Shown in pieces: positions 57,571 through 64,000 of a DNA stretch of 64,000 bases. The notes beneath the pieces are model-generated. The model was not told where the DNA came from and ran no database searches. It saw only the letters and a program-made list of their open reading frames with translations. Where the stretch lies: the NCBI GenBank assembly GCA_913043225.1, contig CAJWLU010000001.1:96001-160000 (forward strand), written 5' to 3'. Origin of the DNA: an uncultured Acidobacteriota bacterium. GTDB taxonomy: Bacteria; Acidobacteriota; Vicinamibacteria; Vicinamibacterales; UBA8438. Made by a program: the position numbers and the translations under genes. The first letter of the stretch is position 1. The number at the start of each line of letters is the position of its first letter.

Positions 57571-58563
57571 CTAGGGTGAGGCGGCCAGGCCGAACCGGGA
57601 CGTGAACGCCGAGCTCGGCGCGCGGCGAACGTGATCGCCATCCCGATCCCGGGTGAGGAACAGCACGGCGAGGCCTTCCTGCTCGGCAAGCCGCAGCCCT
57701 GCCTCCGGGCCGAGCACATAGAACGCCGTGGAGAGGATGTCGGCGGCCAGCGGGTCGGCGTGCCACACGGTCACCGACGCCGAGCGGGCCACCGGGCGAC
57801 CGGTGCGCGGATCGAGCAGGTGGGTGACACGAGTGCCATGATCCCAGGACCGCTCAGAGTCACCACTCGTGGCCAGGGAACCGTGGTCGAGGGTGAGCTC
57901 GGCGACAACCCGGGTGCGGTGCGCCGGATGCGCCAGTGCGACCGCATGCGCTCGCCCAGACACTGCCACCTGTCCTCCCAGATCGACCAGCCACGACTCG
58001 CCCCCCTCTGCCCGAGGCAACCGGGCCAGTGCGGCACCTTTGCCGAAGGCGCCGGCGTCGAGCGTAACCTCCCTAGTCCGGACCAGCGTGCAAGCAGGCT
58101 CGTCGAAACGAAGGTACTCAAGGCCCGAACGGCCAGCGGCCGAGGACCATTCATCCTCGGTCGGCACTCGCCCCTCCTCTCGCAATCCCCACGCGTCACG
58201 CCAAGCCCCAATGGCCGGATCGAATGCCCCGTCAGTGGCGTCATGCCACATGACCAGGCCTGACCAGAGGCGGCAGACAGAATCGGGAAGCTGAAACGGA
58301 TCGCCGAGGGGGTGTCGGCTCGCCCGACTCAACACACTGGAGTCGCGCCAGGTACTGAGCTCGGCCTCAGTCTGTTCCAGGCTCCGGAGCAAAGAATCGA
58401 GTCGTTCTCTGGCCATGCGGCCAGTGTTCGCCTCGGCAACCAGCGTGACCCGGGTGCCCATGAGATACACGACCCGCTCGGCCGCCACCGGCTGCGCGTC
58501 GACAAGTGCAGCCGAGCCTGCCACCAGGCCGACGACCAGCGCTGCAGCGGCCGACACCCGCAT
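57571..58563 (-). CDS. apbE: FAD:protein FMN transferase
   Basis: LMGT, TDGAFDP, LDAGAFGKG, DLGG, LATSG, HLLDPRTG and ADILSTA. Confidence 0.93.
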   Translation of the reverse strand: MRVSAAAALVVGLVAGSAALVDAQPVAAERVVYLMGTRVTLVAEANTGRMARERLDSLLRSLEQTEAELSTWRDSSVLSRASRHPLGDPFQLPDSVCRLWSGLVMWHDATDGAFDPAIGAWRDAWGLREEGRVPTEDEWSSAAGRSGLEYLRFDEPACTLVRTREVTLDAGAFGKGAALARLPRAEGGESWLVDLGGQVAVSGRAHAVALAHPAHRTRVVAELTLDHGSLATSGDSERSWDHGTRVTHLLDPRTGRPVARSASVTVWHADPLAADILSTAFYVLGPEAGLRLAEQEGLAVLFLTRDRDGDHVRRAPSSAFTSRFGLAASP

Positions 58564-58570
58564 TGGAGAC

Positions 58571-59041
58571 TCAGGAAGGTTGCCCGACAGTTCTTCCGAG
58601 CGAACGGAGGGCGGAGGGACTGGTCAAGCGCCACCCGATAACCAAATGCACACCATACCCAACGACGAAGACCAGGCTGGTCGCCACATGCAACCAGATG
58701 GACGCAGTGACCCAGGAGGGACTCGATGCGACCTGTACAAAGTAGCCTGACAACGCCATCAGCGAGAAGCTCACGACCGAGGTCCATCCCGACCGCCGGT
58801 TCCGGAGATCCCGACTGAGGATCTTTCTCAGGGAGTGCGACCGAAAGAGGATGCCGAAGAATGCGATGAACACGGGAGCCGCCAGCAAGTGCGTCGACAG
58901 CATCATTGGCTGCCAGGGATGGTTGGCAATCGAAAAAGGGTCGGTCGGCGTGACGAAATACTTCATGTAGAAGTACACGACCCCAGTCACGGCGACCACG
59001 CCATGGAACGTGTTGAACGTCCACCGCTCCCACCGGGTCAT
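58571..59041 (-). CDS. Four-TM His-rich membrane protein, putative cytochrome b (DUF4405-like)
   Basis: Four hydrophobic helices with His at TFHG, STHL, RSHS, WLHV and GVHL. Confidence 0.6.
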   Translation of the reverse strand: MTRWERWTFNTFHGVVAVTGVVYFYMKYFVTPTDPFSIANHPWQPMMLSTHLLAAPVFIAFFGILFRSHSLRKILSRDLRNRRSGWTSVVSFSLMALSGYFVQVASSPSWVTASIWLHVATSLVFVVGYGVHLVIGWRLTSPSALRSLGRTVGQPS

Positions 59042-59056
59042 GTATCAGTCCGAGCC

Positions 59057-59620
59057 CTATTGGTCGGTCTCCGCAAGTACCTGGTCGATCGCCATCACCC
59101 GCCGTGTGGCATCGGTGGCGGCGTGGGTGGTCAGCGTAGCACCGACTATCGGGCGAATCAGGCGGTGCATCGCAAGGTCGTCGTTCAAGGGGTGTCCCAC
59201 GGCCTGACCGAGCCATCGGTCCGGAGCGATGTACATGCGGGGCTCAAAAAAGGCTGTGACGTCGATACGTTTGAGGGTCCCATCGTCGGCGAGAGAAATG
59301 AGCAGGCTCTCCCGCTTGGTCCGCACGACGTGCGTATCGATATAGGCGCGACCGATGACCCGTCCACCCTGGGTGGCCACGTATCGCGCAATCAGGCCGG
59401 TATCAAGGTCGACCCGGGAGATCTCTTCAATCGAAGTTCGCTGCGCGTCAGTCAGGAAGACTCGCTCAGCCGCGATTTCCGCACCGGGGAAGAGGGCGGC
59501 GAGTGCCTGTTCTCTAGTAGGCAACCCGCCGTCTTGTGCGGAAAGCGTGGAACCAGCCACCAGCCACACAAGGCCGGTCGCTACGAGCACACGGTGTCTA
59601 ATGGCTGGTTCCAACATCAA
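59057..59620 (-). CDS. Secreted FMN-binding (flavinylated) protein
   Basis: Signal peptide and C-terminal IVGATLT flavinylation-like motif. In the same operon as apbE. Confidence 0.8.
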   Translation of the reverse strand: MMLEPAIRHRVLVATGLVWLVAGSTLSAQDGGLPTREQALAALFPGAEIAAERVFLTDAQRTSIEEISRVDLDTGLIARYVATQGGRVIGRAYIDTHVVRTKRESLLISLADDGTLKRIDVTAFFEPRMYIAPDRWLGQAVGHPLNDDLAMHRLIRPIVGATLTTHAATDATRRVMAIDQVLAETDQ

Positions 59621-59646
59621 GACCGATCTAGCGGCAACTCTGGGCC

Positions 59647-61050
59647 CTAGAAGGCATACCCCAAGTTGATGTTGAACTGGTTAACTGCGTCGTTAGCGTC
59701 GTTGCTCGCCCACGCATGATCCAGCTTCAGCACGATGTTCGGAATTGGCTTCAGTTCAATGCCCGCAGTGATGAACCTAATGTCGGTCGAAAGGCTGCGA
59801 GTAAACCCGACCGGCATCACGGCCTGGGTATCGACCACCTCGTAGCGGATATATGGTGTCAACGCGACCCCGGCATTGCCGGTCACCTGGGACAACACGT
59901 CGTAACCGAACGAAATGTAGGAACCCTGCATCTGCTCGGCAACGCCCTTGCTTCCACTCAGCCCCAAGGCCTCGTTAAGCTTCGCCGCATCGCTCAGATT
60001 CGCCCGTGCAAACAGCGCACGGATGTCAACACCTCGAACCTGTGCCTGCCCGTGCAGATCCCAGATCGTGGTTTTGATGCCATATTCAATCCCGTCAACA
60101 TCGATCTCACCCTGACCGGAGTCCCCACTGTAGAGACTGGCACCGAAGAACACTCCTGGCGTCGGGGTGACATCCACGCGGCCGGTGAACGCTAGGCTTG
60201 TGGACTTCGCCTTGGCACCCTTCTGCCGTCCCCCACGAACGCCTTTCGACGAAAACTTAGATCCGTTGAAGCCGTTCATGACATAGGCACGGAACGCCAC
60301 GTTACTGAACGCCCCGTAGATGCCACCGCCGTTCTCCCGCCAAGTAGACGGAATAATCCGATTCTCAGTAACCGGACGCTCGGCACCAATAAACACGTTC
60401 GGCTCGTGGTACTCGTTGACGAGTCCCATGGGCGCAAGCAACATGCCACCGCGAAGGCCAAAATTCTCAGTTGCCTGATAGTCGACGTAGGCGAACTCGA
60501 CGTAAATTTCCTTGCCGTGCTCAACCTCGATCTCGGAGTTGAACAGGAACTTATCGTTAAACCGATACCCCGTATACAGGATGGCGCGCAAGAAGTCGGA
60601 CTTGGTATACGCATTGGTCGGCGCGCCGCCTTGGTTCGTATCTGCGTAGTTCTCGATCAGCAATTCACCGTAACCGGCGATAGAGACACCCCGCTCCACT
60701 CCATAGGTGGCTGCCGCGGACGGTGCCAGACCTAGTGCACGGGCACGGTCCACGTCCACTGGCTCAGCGACATCGCCCGCTCGGAGACGCTCGACCTCCT
60801 CGGCCAGTGTGTCGAGTTGACGCTGGAGCTCCGCAACGTCTGGCTGCTGCTCGACCTCCTCGGCGCCTTCGGGCGATTCCTCGCCAGCGGCTTCGTTGGT
60901 GTTCTCAGGGGCCGGAGCGCCCGCTGCGCCGGCTGTCTGGGGCAGCACGACACCTTCCTGCTCCTGAGCGACGGCTGGCGCGGCAAGAACAAATGCGACC
61001 AGCAAGAAGAATGTCGAACGGAGCAACTGCAATATTCGTCGAATTGTCAT
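59647..61050 (-). CDS. Outer-membrane beta-barrel (porin O/P-like) with N-terminal coiled coil
   Basis: Signal peptide and coiled coil ELQRQLDTLAEEVERLR. FNSEIEVEH, EFAYVDY, NEYHEP and IIPSTWRE. C-terminal beta-signal INLGYAF. Confidence 0.82.
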   Translation of the reverse strand: MTIRRILQLLRSTFFLLVAFVLAAPAVAQEQEGVVLPQTAGAAGAPAPENTNEAAGEESPEGAEEVEQQPDVAELQRQLDTLAEEVERLRAGDVAEPVDVDRARALGLAPSAAATYGVERGVSIAGYGELLIENYADTNQGGAPTNAYTKSDFLRAILYTGYRFNDKFLFNSEIEVEHGKEIYVEFAYVDYQATENFGLRGGMLLAPMGLVNEYHEPNVFIGAERPVTENRIIPSTWRENGGGIYGAFSNVAFRAYVMNGFNGSKFSSKGVRGGRQKGAKAKSTSLAFTGRVDVTPTPGVFFGASLYSGDSGQGEIDVDGIEYGIKTTIWDLHGQAQVRGVDIRALFARANLSDAAKLNEALGLSGSKGVAEQMQGSYISFGYDVLSQVTGNAGVALTPYIRYEVVDTQAVMPVGFTRSLSTDIRFITAGIELKPIPNIVLKLDHAWASNDANDAVNQFNINLGYAF

Positions 61051-61248
61051 GGGCTTATCCCTCTACCTTGTTGCAAGCCCAGGCGGTCTTTCCTTAAAAT
61101 GTTCACCGCTGGACGCTGCATCTCTGTTGCACCTGAATGGGTGTAGCGCGTGTTCAGCTGGCCCGTTGGGTGTCACCGCACCCCGCGGGCCTTTTTTGTC
61201 TCGGCGGCTGGCGCACAGGCAAGCGCACAACTCAAAAGCCGAGACTGA

Positions 61249-61269
61249 AACTGAGACTCAGTCTCAGTT
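61249..61269. promoter_or_regulatory. Perfect 10-1-10 palindromic operator (putative Fur-type box)
   Basis: AACTGAGACT-C-AGTCTCAGTT, extended by the hexamers GAGACT GAAACT from 61241. Confidence 0.75.
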
Positions 61270-61278
61270 ACTGGACAA

Positions 61279-61307
61279 AGTGTATATCCGACCGATCTTG
61301 TCGTCAA
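61279..61307 (-). promoter_or_regulatory. Sigma70-type promoter of the porin-FMN-apbE operon
   Basis: On the minus strand, TTGACG-17 nt-TACACT. Confidence 0.7.
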
Positions 61308-61315
61308 TCTAAAAA

Positions 61316-61330
61316 TGAGACCCGGTCTCA
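61316..61330. promoter_or_regulatory. Second palindromic operator upstream of the -35 element
   Basis: TGAGACC-C-GGTCTCA, a perfect 7-1-7 palindrome. Confidence 0.65.
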
Positions 61331-61525
61331 AGACTTTCCAGAGCCCCTCCCCCCTGGAACTTAAGGAATTAAGGATCATTTACCCGAGTAAAGAGGAAGC
61401 GTTGCGGAGGAGAACAGTCTGTTCGAACCGATCCATCGACTGCTGGGCCTTACCTGCAACTGAGCTGGCAAGACAAGGGCCCGGGCGCTGTTCACGCGAC
61501 CGGGCCCTCGACCAAGAAAACGCCG

Positions 61526-62608
61526 TTACTCGTCGTCGGTGGGTAGCGTGGTCTGGTTCAGCAGCAGCTTCTGCACCCGCCAGTTGTTCATGTCGGCGAC
61601 AATGAGGGTGTTCTCGTCCCGGCAGGAGATGCCGTGGAGCCAGTTGAACTGACCGGGGGCTCGACCAGACCCACCCAGCCAGCCGAGGATCTCGCCGTCG
61701 AGCGACAACTTGTAGATCCGGCCCGGATGCTCGTCGGAGGCGAACAGATACTGCGTCTCGCCGCCGGAGACGCACAGGGTCCAAGGCGCGGTGTTGTCCG
61801 GCATATTCGGACGCGGATTCCCCAGTACCGGCTGCATGTTCTTGTCATACGGCACGTTCAGGAGAATAGTCTTCACAAAGTTGCCGTCCGAGTCGTACTT
61901 CTGGATACGGCGGTTCGTGCGGTCGGCCACGTAGACAAAGCCGTCCCGGTCGACCTGTAGGTTGTGCGGCAGGCGAAGCTGATCGTCGCCGGTGCCGTAA
62001 CTACCCCACGACTTGATCCAGTTGCCCCAGGGATCCATCTTGGCCACGCGCGAGTTCATGTAGCCATCGCTGACGTAGATGTTGCCGTCAGCATCCCAAC
62101 CCACATCGGTTGGACCGGCGAAGTAGCCGTCCACGTGACGGGCATTCTCGGGAGCCACGTGCTCGTAGTGGTCGAAACCCTCAGGTCGGCGCCCGAGGTT
62201 CAGCACCACGTAGCCGGACGGGTCGAATTTGGTAACGGCGTTAGTGCCCTTATCGACCACCCAGAGGTTGTCCTCAAGGTCGAAGCGCACTGCATGGCCG
62301 TAGCCGAGCCCATAGACGCCCTGGCCGAGTTCGCGAACGAAATTTCCCTGATCGTCAAATTCGAGCAGGTTGGTTGTGGCATTGCCATAAAGCGGTCCGG
62401 CGGTCGCCGTGCCAGGGTGATTCAGCAGGATGATATGACCCTTGGAGTTCTCGGCCACCGCCAGCGTTTCACCGAGGTTCATGCTCGGCGGATACTTAAG
62501 GAAGTTCGGCACCGAGACATACGGAATCTCAGGCGCGTCGACGGTCTGGGCAGACGCGGGAACCGCAACCAACATCAGCGCGACCGCGGCGAGGATCAGA
62601 CGTTTCAC
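61526..62608 (-). CDS. Secreted NHL-repeat PAL-like protein
   Basis: GTG start after AAGGAGG. GHAVRFD, SDGYMNSR, PHNLQVD, VADRTNRR and LHGI. Confidence 0.85.
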   Translation of the reverse strand: MKRLILAAVALMLVAVPASAQTVDAPEIPYVSVPNFLKYPPSMNLGETLAVAENSKGHIILLNHPGTATAGPLYGNATTNLLEFDDQGNFVRELGQGVYGLGYGHAVRFDLEDNLWVVDKGTNAVTKFDPSGYVVLNLGRRPEGFDHYEHVAPENARHVDGYFAGPTDVGWDADGNIYVSDGYMNSRVAKMDPWGNWIKSWGSYGTGDDQLRLPHNLQVDRDGFVYVADRTNRRIQKYDSDGNFVKTILLNVPYDKNMQPVLGNPRPNMPDNTAPWTLCVSGGETQYLFASDEHPGRIYKLSLDGEILGWLGGSGRAPGQFNWLHGISCRDENTLIVADMNNWRVQKLLLNQTTLPTDDE

Positions 62609-63001
62609 GGAGACCTCCTTGAAGCCCGGTCGCCGACCGGGTGCACACGAACAGTGGATCTCGAAAGTCGTATCATAGCTCACTCTAGGTGGCTGATCAG
62701 CCAGGGAACCCAAGGCCGCCCGGCTGTGTTAGGGTGGCGTTCCAGCGTGCGGCCACGGCAGCCGGGAACCCGGCCGCCACGCCGATGCTGACAGAAATCC
62801 GACGGTGAGAATCCGAATTATCAGCTTCGCGTCATAGCCTGCCACCTTCGTATTGCTCTGTCAGATCTGCCCGGGACACATCGTCCCACTCTTCATCACG
62901 GCCGATTTGCCGACCACCCCGGTGCGGTGAGGAGCCGGTCACCAATCGGCGATGGGTGTCGTTCTGATCACCTGCGTCTTACGGCGTAGCCAAGTTGTGT
63001 C

Positions 63002-64000
63002 ATGTCGTATCCGGAACCCACCGCTCGAAGCCCTAGACTCTGGGTGGACATCGTCGGTTCGATCCGAGGAGTGCCCCGCGACTACACCAAGGGCGCGATC
63101 GGTCGCGCGGTCATCTTGGCCGCCATCCCGATGGTGCTCGAGATGTCGATGCAGTCGCTCTTCGCGGTGGTCGACGTCTTCTTCGTGGCGCGGCTCGGGC
63201 CGGAGGCGGTGGCGATTCTGGGTCTCTCGGACTCACTACTAGCGCTCGTCTTCTCGGTGGCCATCGGGCTCTGCATGGGCGCCACCGCGATGGTAGCTCG
63301 GCGGATCGGAGAGGGCTCACCGGAAGGGGCAGCCGTGGCGGCCGTACAGGCCCTCCTGACCGGCCTTGTGCTGTCGGTGCTGATGAGCTTGGCCGGCGTG
63401 GTGTGGGCCACGGACCTGCTGCAGCTCCTGGGCGCCACCCCAGAGTTGGCGTCGAACGGCCGACTGTTCGCGGCCATCATGCTGGGCGGCAACCTCACGG
63501 TGATGTGGTTATTCCTGATCAACGCCATCTTCCGTGGAGCAGGCGATGCGGCGGTCGCTATGCGATCGCTCTGGCTGGCCAACCTGATCAACATTGCGCT
63601 GGATCCGATCCTGATCTTTGGCTGGGGACCGGTCCCCGCCCTAGGCCTAGAGGGCGCAGCGATCGCCACGACTCTGGGACGCGCCATCGGCATTGCCTAC
63701 CAGTTCCGCCAACTGAGCAGTGGGCACGGTCGAATCGTCATCCGCTGGTCACAGGTGGTTCCCAATGTGGGCGTTATAGTTCGACTGCTCCGCGTCAGCG
63801 GCATCGGCGTGCTGCAGTATCTGGTGAGCACCGCCAGCTTTCTGGGTCTGGTCCGAATCCTGGCGCCGTTCGGCGACACGGCGCTAGCCGGTTACACGAT
63901 CGCGATCCGGATCATCATCTTCATCCTCCTGCCAGCCTGGGGGATGGGGAACGCCGCGGCGACGCTGGTCGGACAGAACCTGGGCGCCGGCAACCCGAAC
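63002..64000 (+). CDS. MATE family efflux transporter (runs off the window end)
   Basis: Read by hand, since the ORF track omits it for lack of a stop: MSYPEP...DYTKGAIGRAVILAAIPMVLEM..VDVFFVARLG..NAIFRGAGDA..NIALDPILIFG..GAAIAT..LVGQNLGAG. Confidence 0.9.
   Translation, partial: MSYPEPTARSPRLWVDIVGSIRGVPRDYTKGAIGRAVILAAIPMVLEMSMQSLFAVVDVFFVARLGPEAVAILGLSDSLLALVFSVAIGLCMGATAMVARRIGEGSPEGAAVAAVQALLTGLVLSVLMSLAGVVWATDLLQLLGATPELASNGRLFAAIMLGGNLTVMWLFLINAIFRGAGDAAVAMRSLWLANLINIALDPILIFGWGPVPALGLEGAAIATTLGRAIGIAYQFRQLSSGHGRIVIRWSQVVPNVGVIVRLLRVSGIGVLQYLVSTASFLGLVRILAPFGDTALAGYTIAIRIIIFILLPAWGMGNAAATLVGQNLGAGNPN

Noticed and set aside
52036..61050. Single iron-regulated operon running from the porin gene through DUF1592, DUF1552 and ankyrin
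   Set aside because: A plausible separate promoter lies at 57511-39, and the paralogous operon has no such link. Read-through cannot be excluded.
62609..63001. Inverted repeat CCCGGCTG/CAGCCGGG in the NHL-MATE intergenic region
   Set aside because: An 8-bp GC-rich stem with a long loop, compatible with chance.
1..64000. CRISPR arrays, tRNA/rRNA genes, IS elements, prophage or defence systems
   Set aside because: I recognised no repeat-spacer arrays, structural RNA signatures, transposase, integrase or phage genes. The EVE protein is the stand-alone type, with no adjacent nuclease.

Overview
This is a gene-dense, GC-rich bacterial chromosome segment with about 50 CDS. I recognised no rRNA, tRNA, CRISPR array or transposase. 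The gene families suggest Acidobacteriota, probably Vicinamibacteria/subgroup 6, but this is an inference. They include two DUF1592-DUF1552-ankyrin operons, several secreted NHL/PQQ propellers and secreted 'YACHExN' proteins. Housekeeping genes include rlmKL, an EVE protein, an HU-like protein, pepD, a 2-oxoacid dehydrogenase E1/E2 pair, a BI-1/YccA protein and a MATE transporter. Five observations stand out. (1) A secreted cytochrome c fused to a PHM/DBH-type copper monooxygenase keeps the full CuH/CuM ligand set and sits in a tight run with an acyl-CoA ligase and a PAL-like NHL propeller; two other NHL propellers in the window keep all PAL catalytic residues, which suggests a bacterial alpha-amidation-like toolkit. 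(2) A palindromic operator, TGAGA-N5-TCTCA, with Fur-like GAGACT hexamers lies at nearly the same position in the promoters of feoAB and of a porin/FMN-protein/cytochrome b/ApbE operon, pointing to an iron regulon that includes a flavinylation-based module. (3) A B12 mutase has isobutyryl-CoA mutase specificity residues. (4) A HisD-family enzyme resembles HpsN rather than true HisD. (5) A small family of intergenic heptamer repeats follows three stop codons. All product calls come from motif recognition by eye; no database searches were run.
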